Source: Candidatus Sericytochromatia bacterium (lineage in GTDB: Bacteria > Cyanobacteriota > Sericytochromatia > UBA7694). Taken from it: a stretch of 64,000 nt of DNA. Shown here piece after piece: positions 1 through 9,464 of this stretch. The stretch is taken from contig JBIKWL010000003.1 in NCBI GenBank assembly GCA_044356335.1, positions 9,950 through 73,949 on the forward strand, given 5' to 3'. The notes under the pieces are model-generated. The model saw only the letters and a list, made by a program, of their open reading frames with translations, was not told the origin of the DNA and made no database searches. The translations under genes and the position numbers were made by a program. The number at the start of each line of letters is the position of its first letter. Positions within the stretch are counted from its first letter, which is position 1.

Positions 1-1
1 G

Positions 2-1378
2 ATCGTGGCTCACTCGATGGGGGGGCTGGTGGCGCGGGCCGGGATTCAGCAATTTGATGCCCCGTTGCACAAGGCCTTTCAGCGTTTGTTGACCTGGGGT
101 ACCCCTCATCATGGCTCGATTCTCTCTTCGCTGGCCTATGTGATGAATGCGGGGTCGCACTACAGCCTGCTGGGGCAAGCCGATGCCGATACCTCTGAAA
201 TCCTCAGCCGACTGGTGCAGAACTATGTGCAGATCGAAGCGCCCGGTGCACGGGATCTAAGATGGGACAATTCCCGACCCCTGCGGCTCAATGAATGGTT
301 TGAAAAAGGTCCTACCCAGCCTGATAATGACGCAGTTTATTCGCTGACAGAGGGCACTCGGATCTACAACACAAAACTCAAAGCCATGAATGAAACAGAC
401 ATCTATGCCTCCCCTTCCGGCAGCGGTTCAAGGAATAAATTGGGCCAGTTGAAGTATTATTTTGCCTATGGCCGGACCGACAAGATCTTTACAGATGGCA
501 TGATTGGCATTGGCGCCACCGCCGCCCGTCGGCTGATCAAAAATCCAGATAGCATTTTTGATGACCATTTCAAGATCAGCGAGAATGACGGGGCTGTACC
601 TGTCACAAGTGCTGGCGGAGAAGGTCTGAATGCTGAGCGAGAAAGATTTACAGGTATTGACCATGAAGCCTTTTATGGCGCCGCCAGAGGGCCCGCTGTC
701 TATGGTGGAGCAAGCACCTTTGAGCAGCCCAGCGAAGGCGCTCAGATTGCCGATATGACCTTTGCCAAACTCTATCTTACCAGCAGTTCCTTCGCGGACT
801 ATTTCAAATGCGATCCGTACATCAAATCAATCTCACCGCTGCAAGGCGAAGGCGGAACGGCTGTGCAAATCAAAGGCCACTGTTTTAACAATGCCGACGA
901 TAAATTGGCGGTCTACTTCAATCATGTAAAGGCTCAGAATATCACTGTCAAAAACTGCCATGAAATCACCGCCACTGCGCCCGCTAACGTTACATCGGGA
1001 GATGTGACAGTGGTGGCCAATGGCCTGACCAGTAAGGGTGTCCGCTTTAACACCACGGCTCAACAAAATCAGGATCTGTGTAAGAATTTTACTGTTCCAG
1101 GCATTTGGCCGATTGTCCTGATAACGGATACTGGCACCACGATTAACGCGACACTGACGGCGGCAGCTGATGGAAGCTTTTTCAGTTCCAGTGGCGGCAG
1201 GGGTAACTGGGAGTCCTCCCCTGATCCCAAGGGTGGCTGGTATGTCTCTTTTATTTATTACACGAGCAATACACGGTTCGAGGGGCATACCCAGGAACCA
1301 GGCTGTCAACTCAAAGGAAAGCATTATTCGGGGATTATCTCAGAAGTGGACGGAGATTGGACGGGTCAGCGCAACTGA
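2..1378 (+). CDS. alpha/beta-hydrolase (lipase/PGAP1-like) fused to an IPT/TIG-like Ig domain; 5' end cut by window edge
   Basis: The frame is open from the window edge to TGA 1376-1378. A GxSxG nucleophile elbow (AHSMGG) sits in the first residues. ISPLQGEGGTAVQIKGHCF...GDVTVVANGLTSKGVRF resembles IPT/TIG. Confidence 0.7.
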   Translation: MVAHSMGGLVARAGIQQFDAPLHKAFQRLLTWGTPHHGSILSSLAYVMNAGSHYSLLGQADADTSEILSRLVQNYVQIEAPGARDLRWDNSRPLRLNEWFEKGPTQPDNDAVYSLTEGTRIYNTKLKAMNETDIYASPSGSGSRNKLGQLKYYFAYGRTDKIFTDGMIGIGATAARRLIKNPDSIFDDHFKISENDGAVPVTSAGGEGLNAERERFTGIDHEAFYGAARGPAVYGGASTFEQPSEGAQIADMTFAKLYLTSSSFADYFKCDPYIKSISPLQGEGGTAVQIKGHCFNNADDKLAVYFNHVKAQNITVKNCHEITATAPANVTSGDVTVVANGLTSKGVRFNTTAQQNQDLCKNFTVPGIWPIVLITDTGTTINATLTAAADGSFFSSSGGRGNWESSPDPKGGWYVSFIYYTSNTRFEGHTQEPGCQLKGKHYSGIISEVDGDWTGQRN

Positions 1379-1461
1379 GCAATGGACTGTGCTCCCAGTC
1401 AGTGAAAAAAAACTTTCGCTCTGCGTACCTCTGTTTATCCTGTTTTTCAGAGGTAATCGCC

Positions 1462-3396
1462 ATGACGGACTTTATCCCAAACAGCTTGAATCGCTCGTTT
1501 CAAGCTATCTCACGGGCCTCCAAAGAAAATCCTGCAACGAAACCGTCCCCAACGACATCCCCAACGACACCCCCCAAAACCAATTCCAGTCCCAATCTGT
1601 TTAAACAAAATGGCTCAAAATATCTACAGGCAAATGCGGATTCCCCGCCCACAATGGGCCTGGGGCTCCGCAACTTCCTCGGGTTGGGCCTGGGAAAAAA
1701 AAATGATGACTTTGCTGTTTTGAGTGCGGCTCAGCCATCACCCCAAACGGCCTCTCAAACCCGTATTTCAGATGCATTTAACCCCGACTTATTGCCGGCG
1801 GTCAATGAATCTGCACCGCTCAGTCCTCCCGCTGTCTGTCGTGATCTCAAAACATGTGAGCCTGGCAGTGTCCGACCGCCCATCTATGCCTTTGATTTTG
1901 CCCCCAGTAAAATGAGACCCTTTCCAGAAGCCCGCAGCTTAAAAGGGCCTTTGGCCACCCGCACAGGTTGGCTGAGTCAATTGGAAAAAAGTCACAGAGG
2001 TTATAATCTTGAGATTTTTCATAACGGCATCCCTTTTGGAGCGCTTAAATCTGCGTTGGGAAAATATGACAATAATCAGGATGCCCAACTCAATTTAGAT
2101 GAAGCAAAACGGGCTGGTGTACTTAACTCGACTCAAGCAGATGCCCTAAAACAGCTTGCGCGCTCTCATCAGCTCATGCCAGCTGACCCAAAGAATATCG
2201 ACGCGGTGGCGCTGGGCAAAGCCCTTGAAACTCAAGGTGTCACCATCCCTGCCGACTTGGCAAATGCGCTGTCTGATTTAGAAGTGCTGAACCATTATTT
2301 GGGCCAAGCGGATATAGCCCCAGAAGAAATTATCTTGCAAGCGGATCCCAAAGCCCGCGCCACGTCTAAATCCACTCTCACTATGAAAGACTATGCCGAA
2401 ACGACCATTGAACAAAAGGCTGAAACCAAAGAGGAGTACAGTACAGCCAAACTTAAGTACCTGAAACTAAAAAGTGAGGTTCGATCATTGGAACAAAATG
2501 TGAAAACACTCACAGGAAAAATGGACGCAGCAACAAAAGAGCGGGATCGCCTGATAGCAAGAAATCCGAGTCATTCTGGGATTCCGTCTCTGCAAGCAAA
2601 AATGGCAAGTCTGCAAACAGAGTTAACGCCTAAAATCGCGGCATTGGCCGCAAAGAAAGCTTTGCTTTCTGAAAAGGGAAATGCCACAGTAGAAGGGGTT
2701 TATGCGAAAGGGGGTACTGTGGTCGATAAATATATAATCGGCCCCCAAACCCCTGAACAAAAGGCCGTCCAATTTGGGGATATTTACGATCGCAGGGCTC
2801 AACAAGGCATTACCGATGGATACAAACACGATAACGTGGGTTGTGCTGCTTTGACAGACCTGCTGCATACCCTGGTGCTCGGCCGAGAAATCAATGTCCA
2901 AAAAATGTTAGAACTGACCCAAAGTTCAGATCATTATGGCCCCGTCCAAGTCACCCATACCCCTGGGACGCGGACCACGCCGTTTGCCAAAGACAAACCC
3001 AATCCAGCTGATCCTTCGGCCAAACCCCAGGAAGAAAATTTGCAGGCCCTGTTCGACCAAGATGTGCTTAAACCAGGAATGGTTTTGTTTATCAACACTG
3101 ATTCAGATATGCGCCTAACGGGGGAAAATGCCGACAAGGGCAATAACCAATTTGGTTCAAGTGACCGGCACTGGTTTACATATATGGGGAAATCGGGAGA
3201 AACACCCATATTCTTAGACAATACAGGCACAAAGTATACGCTCCAGCAAATGATCAACCACTATCAAGTAGGCCGAGAGGACAATATCGGTACCCCAACC
3301 GTATTACACACCGTCTTTGATTTTTATCCAAGTGAGGCCGAACGCGAAAAATTTAAGGCCTTTGCCCAAAAACTGCTGGGAAATTCCCTTCAGTAA
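1462..3396 (+). CDS. hypothetical protein: Pro/Ser/Thr-rich N-terminus, central coiled coil, C-terminal globular module
   Basis: The ORF spans 1357-3396. ATG 1462 lies 7 nt after GAGGT (1450-1454), so I prefer it to the TTG at 1357. There is a heptad-like stretch KLKYLKLKSEVRSLEQNVKTLTGKMDAATKERDRL. No family recognised. Confidence 0.6.
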   Translation: MTDFIPNSLNRSFQAISRASKENPATKPSPTTSPTTPPKTNSSPNLFKQNGSKYLQANADSPPTMGLGLRNFLGLGLGKKNDDFAVLSAAQPSPQTASQTRISDAFNPDLLPAVNESAPLSPPAVCRDLKTCEPGSVRPPIYAFDFAPSKMRPFPEARSLKGPLATRTGWLSQLEKSHRGYNLEIFHNGIPFGALKSALGKYDNNQDAQLNLDEAKRAGVLNSTQADALKQLARSHQLMPADPKNIDAVALGKALETQGVTIPADLANALSDLEVLNHYLGQADIAPEEIILQADPKARATSKSTLTMKDYAETTIEQKAETKEEYSTAKLKYLKLKSEVRSLEQNVKTLTGKMDAATKERDRLIARNPSHSGIPSLQAKMASLQTELTPKIAALAAKKALLSEKGNATVEGVYAKGGTVVDKYIIGPQTPEQKAVQFGDIYDRRAQQGITDGYKHDNVGCAALTDLLHTLVLGREINVQKMLELTQSSDHYGPVQVTHTPGTRTTPFAKDKPNPADPSAKPQEENLQALFDQDVLKPGMVLFINTDSDMRLTGENADKGNNQFGSSDRHWFTYMGKSGETPIFLDNTGTKYTLQQMINHYQVGREDNIGTPTVLHTVFDFYPSEAEREKFKAFAQKLLGNSLQ

Positions 3397-3441
3397 AATT
3401 GAATTAAATTCTCTTGTATAGGTTATGTTAAAGTAAGTTCA

Positions 3442-4080
3442 ATGATTACGATTCACGCATTTGAACACACCCAGCAGCCTCAATTGGCGATCTACGACCA
3501 GATTCCGATGGTTGTGGATGTCCGCAGTGAATACAAACTGGAGAAAATCCAAGCGGGTTTGGGGGGCATTCGTCTGGTTGAAACCCCAGTAGACCCCTAT
3601 CTCAAGGATTTGGGCCAATATGCCAAAATGACCGAGCTGGCTCAGCAATTTGACCTGAGCCATTGGGGCTTTTGGCTGGCCTATGATGCCCAGACCCCGG
3701 TCGGGGGTGCTGCTGTGCTCTGCAAATCTCCGCAAATCCAGATGCTGGCTGGGCGCGAAGACCTGGGCGTTTTGTGGGATATCCGGGTGGCCGATAGCCA
3801 CCAGGGCCAGGGTGTGGGGCAATTGCTCTTTGCCGAGGTCAAAATCTGGTGCCAAGCCAGAGGCCTCAAACAGTTAAAAATTGAGTGCCAAAACAACAAT
3901 ATCGCGGCCTGCAAGTTTTATCACAAACAAGGGGCTGTTTTGGGTGAGATCAACAGCTATGCCTATTATCTGGATCCGGACTGTGCACATGAAACCCAGC
4001 TGATCTGGTATCTGGATCTAACCAATGGGCTTGAAAAAGCCCCTCTGGATCGTAACGCTGGGCCTGGCCTTCGGGGTTAA
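3442..4080 (+). CDS. GNAT family N-acetyltransferase (streptothricin-acetyltransferase-like layout)
   Basis: GNAT acetyl-CoA region VADSHQGQGVGQLLFAEVKIWCQARG ... NNIAACKFYHKQGAVLGE. The last 131 nt overlap the convergent 3950-5305 gene. Confidence 0.8.
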   Translation: MITIHAFEHTQQPQLAIYDQIPMVVDVRSEYKLEKIQAGLGGIRLVETPVDPYLKDLGQYAKMTELAQQFDLSHWGFWLAYDAQTPVGGAAVLCKSPQIQMLAGREDLGVLWDIRVADSHQGQGVGQLLFAEVKIWCQARGLKQLKIECQNNNIAACKFYHKQGAVLGEINSYAYYLDPDCAHETQLIWYLDLTNGLEKAPLDRNAGPGLRG

Positions 4081-5305
4081 ATCGGCGCAAAGGTCGGGGA
4101 TCATTGCCCACCCCTGCCAAATACATCCAATTGCCCCAATTACTACTGGGGTCGTAGTCAATCAGGCAATGTTCAAACCAAGCCGCTCCCCAGGTCCAGG
4201 GCAATTGCAAATCGTGAATGAGATAACTGGCCACATTCTGGCGTCCCCGATTGGACATCCAGCCCGAGAGCGCCAATTCGCGCATATTCGCGTCGATAAA
4301 GCTCTGGCCGGTTTGGCCCCGACACCAAGTCGCAAAAAGCACTGGGTTTGCTTTTGCGGGCGGTACTTTGCCCTGCAGTCCTCCCGAGAGAAAAATCTGT
4401 TTGCCCGCTTGCAGAGCTACCAGGCGAAAGTATTCCCGCCAGAGCAATTCAAAGATCAGCCAATAGGTGGAGTCATTGGCCCCCAATTGGGCTTCATGGG
4501 CCCTCACCTGGGCGTAAATCTGCCGAGCTGAGAGCGACCCATTGGCCAACCAAGGAGAAAATTTGGAGGAATACGCCTCTCCAAGCAGGCCATTGCGGGT
4601 CTCTTTGTAGGTGCGGATCAGGCCACGTTGCCAGATATAATCATCTAAACGCGCCAAGGCCGCAGTTTCTCCTCCCCCAAAGCGCAGGACGGCACGTGGG
4701 TCATCTTGGGGCGGTTCCTGAAACAGATCTTGCATGCGGGGAAGGGCAGGACAGTCTGGCACCCCTTCTGGCAGTGGGGGCAGGTATTGAGGAGGAGGCA
4801 GCGGTTGGGGAACTTGTAGATCGGGTTCGATTCGTTTGCGAAAAGCCGTGAAGTTGGCAGGCAAATCTCTTAGATCAAAGGGCAGATTTTCGAGTGGCAA
4901 TAAACTTTCACTGGGATCCAGCAAGAGCGGCAGCCCCCCTTCTGCCAGGGTTTTTTGGAGGGCATCTGCTTCGGCTTTTTCTTCGGGCAAAAATTCAGCC
5001 ATGCCGTAGACTGCGTCGGTGTGAAGTTGTTGGGCCAAGGCAGGGATGATCTGTTGGGCAGGGCCCAAATAGACATACAGATCGCTGCCCAATTGTCGCA
5101 ACTGGGTCTGTAACTCTTTCAGGCTTTCCAGCAAAAAGCGCGTCCGCCAAGGCCCGGTTTTGGCAAAGCCCAAAGGGAGTCTGCGAAACAGATCTGGGTT
5201 GAGGCAATAGACTGGCAGGAGTGTATCGGCACTTTTCGCGAGTTGACTGAGCAGGGCCTGATCATGGAGGCGCAAATCTTGACGGAACCAATAAATGACG
5301 TTCAT
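3950..5305 (-). CDS. cryptochrome DASH / deoxyribodipyrimidine photolyase family protein
   Basis: N-terminal photolyase start VIYWFRQDLRLHDQ. FAD-binding block TGQSFIDANMRELALSGWMSNRGRQNVASYLIHDL...WFEHCLIDYDPSSNWGNWMYLAGVGNDPR. Confidence 0.9.
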   Translation of the reverse strand: MNVIYWFRQDLRLHDQALLSQLAKSADTLLPVYCLNPDLFRRLPLGFAKTGPWRTRFLLESLKELQTQLRQLGSDLYVYLGPAQQIIPALAQQLHTDAVYGMAEFLPEEKAEADALQKTLAEGGLPLLLDPSESLLPLENLPFDLRDLPANFTAFRKRIEPDLQVPQPLPPPQYLPPLPEGVPDCPALPRMQDLFQEPPQDDPRAVLRFGGGETAALARLDDYIWQRGLIRTYKETRNGLLGEAYSSKFSPWLANGSLSARQIYAQVRAHEAQLGANDSTYWLIFELLWREYFRLVALQAGKQIFLSGGLQGKVPPAKANPVLFATWCRGQTGQSFIDANMRELALSGWMSNRGRQNVASYLIHDLQLPWTWGAAWFEHCLIDYDPSSNWGNWMYLAGVGNDPRPLRRFNPEGQAQRYDPEGLFQAHWLDPDTRSAGFHVHSPDPDNRHSC

Positions 5306-5364
5306 GAAGCCCAGATAAACATGAGACAGGGCTTACTCACAATGGTTCAGATTTCAAACCCGGC

Positions 5365-7338
5365 TCAAGTCATAAACTCCCAGCCGCTGCGCCAGGCCTC
5401 GAGGCCTTCGCAATATTCCTGAAAAGCGTGGTAAAAACGGTGGTTGGCCAAGGTGGCGCTGTCGCCAATCACCACCAGTTTTTTGCGCGCGCGGGTCAGG
5501 GCCACATTCATGCGCCGGGTGTCTTTGAGAAAGCCCAATTCACCTTCGCCATTGGAGCGTACCAGCGAGATATACATGATGTCCCGCTCTTGGCCCTGAA
5601 AGCCATCGACGGTATCCACACTGAAACTGCCCAGCTGCAACACGTGTGGATCTGCCCGCAAAAGATCTTTGAGCAGATTGACCTGCTGGCGATAGGGTGA
5701 AATGATCCCCAGACTGAGTTGGCTCAGATCCAGACCTGCAGACTGGAGACCCACCAGCAATTGTGTCAGGTGGATTTGTAAGAGGCCCGCTTCACCTGGA
5801 TTGCCTGTGCTTTTGCTTTCGGGGTTGAGTTCTTCTTCGTGACCACAGCCTGCGGTGTCGATAAACTCCAGGGGCCGGTTCAACCAGGGATCGTCGCCCC
5901 CTAGATCATGTCTGGGATCATGACTGGGTTCATCACAGGGATCATGACTGCCCAGGAGCGTGTGTTCGGCCACCGAAGCATGGGCCAAGAGCCGATCTTG
6001 GTAAAATTCATGGCTGGAAAAGCCCATGATTTGCTGATTCATGCGGTATTGGGTATCCAGCAAGGTCGCGGCCTCGGGCTGGGCTTCTGCGCAAATTTCA
6101 AACAGGGTTTTGTTCAGGCCACCGGCCAGGGCCTGGGGGGATTTGACCGTGGGCGGCAATTGGCAATGATCCCCCGCCAGAATCACCCGTTTGGCTTTGA
6201 GAATCGGAATCAAGGTGCCTCCCAAGAGCGCTTGGGCCGCTTCGTCGATAAAGACCGTCTCAAATTTGCGCTTGTGCATGATCTCCTGAGAGGCCCCCAC
6301 CAAGGTGCAGAGAATGACCCTGGCGCGGTCGAGAATATGTTCCAACATCTGGTTTTCCATCTCGCGGGCCATCGCCAACATGCGTTTGACATCTGCCATT
6401 TCTTCGCGGCGTTGGGCTCTTTCGGCGGGCCCAAAATTGCGTTTAAAGCGCAGGGCCTTGCTGCGGGTGTCGCGGGCTTCGCGGCGCAAATTCTGGAGCA
6501 CCTGAAAATTGGGGTGCTGGCTCAATTGTTCGTCGAGGGTATAGGGCAAGATTTTTTCGGACATGCGTGCAGGATGACCCAACCGCACCACGGGCAGACC
6601 CGATTCTGCCAATTTTTCGCAAAGCAAATCTGTCGCGGCATTGCTCGGGGCCGAAACCAAAACCTGTTTTTCGTGTTGCAAGACAGCCTGAATGGCCGCA
6701 ACCAGCGTGGTGGTTTTGCCGGTGCCCGGTGGGCCGTGTATCATGGCCAATTCCTGGGCCTGCAAGACCTGTGAGACAGCCCGGTTCTGGGAATCATTTA
6801 AATAGGGCAAGGGCTGAAAGGGAAAGGCCAAAAATCTGACCGGCGCTTCGCCAAAGAGTTTTTCTCGCAAACTCAGCAGGGGGCCCTGTTGAATGCCTTT
6901 AAAAATCTCCACGGCCCGGCGCATCTCGCGGTAAGTCGTTTCGTCGTAACAGAGGTCGAGGCCCAATTTGCCCTCGTCGAGCCAATCGGGCAATTCGTCC
7001 CGTTGCATGACCAATTTGAGGCTGTTGCGGCTCACATGGGTCGCAAGGCCGATCAACGGCGCCTCTTGTGGGAAGGCCATGCTGAAGATCGCCAAAATCT
7101 GACCATTTTGAAAGAGGTGGTGTTGATCCAATTCACTTGTGCGCTCCAATTCCAGAATCAGCTTCTGGCCCAGGCCCAAATCTGTCTGTTTGAGCACCAC
7201 CGGATACCAGCAAATTCCTTGGGCCTTGCGGGTTTTTAAGGGGGTTTCCAGAACTTGGCTGCGGTAGAGATCTTCTTCTGCTTTTTCTTCGAGCCTGAGC
7301 AATTGCAACCAGTGCTCAAGTTGAGCTGAACTGTTCAC
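5365..7338 (-). CDS. superfamily-1 helicase, Upf1/IGHMBP2 (DNA2/NAM7)-like
   Basis: Walker A GPPGTGKTTT, DEAAQ, GDHCQLPPTV, VDGFQGQERDIMYISLVRSN, RRMNVALTRARKKLVVIGD. The ORF extends to ATG 7461, but GTG 7338 is preceded by GGGAGA (7347-7352, 8-nt spacer). The start is therefore uncertain. Confidence 0.85.
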   Translation of the reverse strand: MNSSAQLEHWLQLLRLEEKAEEDLYRSQVLETPLKTRKAQGICWYPVVLKQTDLGLGQKLILELERTSELDQHHLFQNGQILAIFSMAFPQEAPLIGLATHVSRNSLKLVMQRDELPDWLDEGKLGLDLCYDETTYREMRRAVEIFKGIQQGPLLSLREKLFGEAPVRFLAFPFQPLPYLNDSQNRAVSQVLQAQELAMIHGPPGTGKTTTLVAAIQAVLQHEKQVLVSAPSNAATDLLCEKLAESGLPVVRLGHPARMSEKILPYTLDEQLSQHPNFQVLQNLRREARDTRSKALRFKRNFGPAERAQRREEMADVKRMLAMAREMENQMLEHILDRARVILCTLVGASQEIMHKRKFETVFIDEAAQALLGGTLIPILKAKRVILAGDHCQLPPTVKSPQALAGGLNKTLFEICAEAQPEAATLLDTQYRMNQQIMGFSSHEFYQDRLLAHASVAEHTLLGSHDPCDEPSHDPRHDLGGDDPWLNRPLEFIDTAGCGHEEELNPESKSTGNPGEAGLLQIHLTQLLVGLQSAGLDLSQLSLGIISPYRQQVNLLKDLLRADPHVLQLGSFSVDTVDGFQGQERDIMYISLVRSNGEGELGFLKDTRRMNVALTRARKKLVVIGDSATLANHRFYHAFQEYCEGLEAWRSGWEFMT

Positions 7339-7466
7339 AGCTGTTTTCTCCCTGTTCTGAATTTTGCCCAGTATAGCACCTCTCAGTTGTGTCGAATGCA
7401 CATCTCTCGCGCGCAAGCCTGTGTTAGGCTTAAAGTAACCGCTGTACCTAGGTTTGGTCAAAAAAA

Positions 7467-7766
7467 ATGAAAAAAAAACACATCATGGTTGCCGCCGCCT
7501 TTCTCTATTTGGTTGGCAATCTCGTCAATTTAATTACCCAAGAATTTCGCTTGCAAAAATACCATGCCCTGCTTGAACAAGACCTGCAAGTTGCGCAAAA
7601 AGAACAAGAGAGTCTCAAAGGTGCGATCAAACGTTTTGAGACCAAACAAGGGGTCGAAGAATTGGCCCGCAAACGCCTGGGATATTACCAAAACAACGAA
7701 GTGCCTGTGCGTGTGATTGAATCCAATCCCGTTCAGGTCAATGATCCGGCATTAACCAGCCCTTGA
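7467..7766 (+). CDS. septum formation initiator family protein (FtsB/DivIC-like)
   Basis: 99 aa with an N-terminal TM helix (VAAAFLYLVGNLVNLI), then a coiled coil and EELARKRLGYYQNNEVPVRV, typical of FtsB/DivIC. Confidence 0.7.
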   Translation: MKKKHIMVAAAFLYLVGNLVNLITQEFRLQKYHALLEQDLQVAQKEQESLKGAIKRFETKQGVEELARKRLGYYQNNEVPVRVIESNPVQVNDPALTSP

Positions 7767-7789
7767 TTCTGGTCAAGCAGTGGTATACT
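7763..7789 (+). promoter_or_regulatory. candidate extended -10 promoter for 7822-8658
   Basis: TTGATT (7763-7768), short 15-nt spacer, TGgTATACT (7781-7789), 32 nt before the ATG. Confidence 0.3.
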
Positions 7790-7821
7790 GAACCAGAGGC
7801 TATTGGCAGAAAGGGAGAAGC

Positions 7822-8658
7822 ATGGATACCCGCGAAATGATTCAGACCATGATTGGGTTTGGAGGCAAGTGGGAGAGCGAACACCGTTTTCGCGTTGATC
7901 CCCTGACCTACGGGTATCTCACCCCGATTGAAAAGGTAGAGATCGAATTTGGGGGCCTGGTGCTCAGTTCCAGTCCTTTGACCAACACTGAGTGGTGGCA
8001 CCATTTGATGCCCGCCATGGGTTTGCCCCCGCATATCAAAGTCGATGAATCCGAAATTGAAGACGGCTTTGTTGAATTGAGTGCCGGCAAATTGAGCCTG
8101 CTCGACGATGCGGAATTTATCGAAAACCATTTTATTCGTTTGTACACCTACCTCTCACGTGCCATGTCGATGATCGAAAAGACCAATACCGTTTTGACCA
8201 TGGGCATTGGTCTGGATTTAAGTGGCTCTGTGATGCGCTTGCAATCCCGTGTTGTGACTGACCAGGATCTGTTTATTCGCAACTGTGAGGCCTTCAAAAA
8301 GCTTTACTCCAAAATCACGGATATTCACGGCAAAGTCGATACCTCCATTCTGCCCCAGCCCTCCGACTTCAATGGGCAAGATATCGAAGACATTATCCGC
8401 GAATCAAAATTTTATGCCCTTATGGAAGCCGTTCGCTTGGAGAGCATGGATATTCTCTCGTACATCATGTCCAAAAAAGGCGGCCAGGTGGATGGACTCG
8501 AATACCAATTGCCGAAAGAGCGCATGGTTTACCGCGTGCACCCCAACCGGATCGAGGCCCACCGCGCCGGTAATTATATGGGTATGATCGGCTTTGACAA
8601 AGGTATCAAGCAGATGCAGCAATTCTTTGCCACCACACTCGGGGGCGGCCGCTGGTAA
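7822..8658 (+). CDS. hypothetical protein
   Basis: 278-aa ORF. AGGGAGA lies 5 nt upstream of the ATG. Compact spacing to the next gene. No motif recognised. Confidence 0.6.
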   Translation: MDTREMIQTMIGFGGKWESEHRFRVDPLTYGYLTPIEKVEIEFGGLVLSSSPLTNTEWWHHLMPAMGLPPHIKVDESEIEDGFVELSAGKLSLLDDAEFIENHFIRLYTYLSRAMSMIEKTNTVLTMGIGLDLSGSVMRLQSRVVTDQDLFIRNCEAFKKLYSKITDIHGKVDTSILPQPSDFNGQDIEDIIRESKFYALMEAVRLESMDILSYIMSKKGGQVDGLEYQLPKERMVYRVHPNRIEAHRAGNYMGMIGFDKGIKQMQQFFATTLGGGRW

Positions 8659-8666
8659 ACGCTGAA

Positions 8667-9437
8667 ATGGAAACCCTTCAGACCCAACGCCCCGACGAAT
8701 ACAACCAAGCGCGCCTGATCATCACCCTCAACCGGGGCAAAGCCAACCCAATCAACATGCAAATGGTGACAGAGTTGCGTGCTGCCGTGAAAACACTGCG
8801 TGAAGACGAGACCCTCACAGGCGGTATTTTAACCGGCCAACCCCGCTATTTTTCTGCTGGCCTTGATGTGGTTGAACTCTACGGCTACGACGAAGCCACG
8901 ATGCGCGAATTTTGGGTTCAGTTTTCGGCCCTGATCGTCGATCTCGTCAGTCTGCCCAAACCACTCGTGGCCGCAATTTCTGGCCACAGTCCCGCTGGGG
9001 GCTGTGTCTTGGCGCTGTGCTGTGATCAGCGCCTGATGGCCGAAGGGCCCTACCGAATTGGTTTAAACGAAGTTCCTGTGGGCATCGTTGTGCCCCCCAC
9101 CATTTATTATCTCTATGCCGCTGTGATCGGTGAAGGCAAAGCCTACCACCACCTGCTCAATGGTTCCTTGATGCTGCCCGAAGAAGCCCTGGCAGAAGGA
9201 CTGGTGCATCAGGTCTTGCCTGCTGAAGCGCTGATGGAAGTGGCCCAAGGCCGACTGACCCATTATTTGGGCATGAACCCCACTGCCTGGGGGATCAGCA
9301 AAGGGCTGCTGCACAAACAGCTTTTGGGCCAATTGCAAGGCGATTTTGAAGACCTCTTTGGCCCTGTGCTCAAACATTGGTGGGCGCCTGAGTTTCGTTC
9401 TCAGCTCGCAGCCATGATTCAAAAATTAAAAAAATAA
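8667..9437 (+). CDS. enoyl-CoA hydratase/isomerase (crotonase) family protein
   Basis: Crotonase oxyanion region FSAGLDV ... AAISGHSPAGGCVLALCCDQRLMAEG. Confidence 0.85.
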   Translation: METLQTQRPDEYNQARLIITLNRGKANPINMQMVTELRAAVKTLREDETLTGGILTGQPRYFSAGLDVVELYGYDEATMREFWVQFSALIVDLVSLPKPLVAAISGHSPAGGCVLALCCDQRLMAEGPYRIGLNEVPVGIVVPPTIYYLYAAVIGEGKAYHHLLNGSLMLPEEALAEGLVHQVLPAEALMEVAQGRLTHYLGMNPTAWGISKGLLHKQLLGQLQGDFEDLFGPVLKHWWAPEFRSQLAAMIQKLKK

Positions 9438-9464
9438 CCTGCTTTTGCTCTTGAAGGAGTCCCC

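Noticed and set aside
1427-1454. 7-bp hairpin ACCTCTG...CAGAGGT whose 3' arm contains the GAGGT RBS of ORF 1462-3396 (possible translational control or a terminator of the lipase gene)
   Set aside because: The stem is short, the loop is 14 nt and no U-tract follows. This is indistinguishable from chance without conservation or structure-probing data.
1357-1461. The N-terminal extensions suggested by the ORF track: TTG 1357, ATG 40668, TTG 25732, ATG 54450, ATG 28859, ATG 60974, TTG 15564
   Set aside because: In each case an internal start has a better Shine-Dalgarno sequence, a stop-start overlap typical of coupling, or yields a proper signal or lipobox leader. The extended versions overlap upstream genes or RBS sequences.
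5908-6774. 288-aa plus-strand ORF inside the Upf1-like helicase gene. Similar long antisense ORFs occur at 39114-39839, 42616-43203, 52758-53354 and 60165-60818.
   Set aside because: All are antisense to CDSs with clear catalytic motifs. They have Gly/Ala/Arg-rich or otherwise featureless translations. I treat them as non-coding shadows.
5365-7461. Upf1-like helicase as a Mokosh-type defence gene, and UvrD-like helicase 37887-40361 as a Gabija GajB-like component
   Set aside because: No PLD/nuclease domain is fused or adjacent. No GajA-like ATPase-TOPRIM neighbour exists. The flanks are housekeeping genes (cry, ftsB-like, pilin). They are most simply stand-alone repair or RNA-metabolism helicases.
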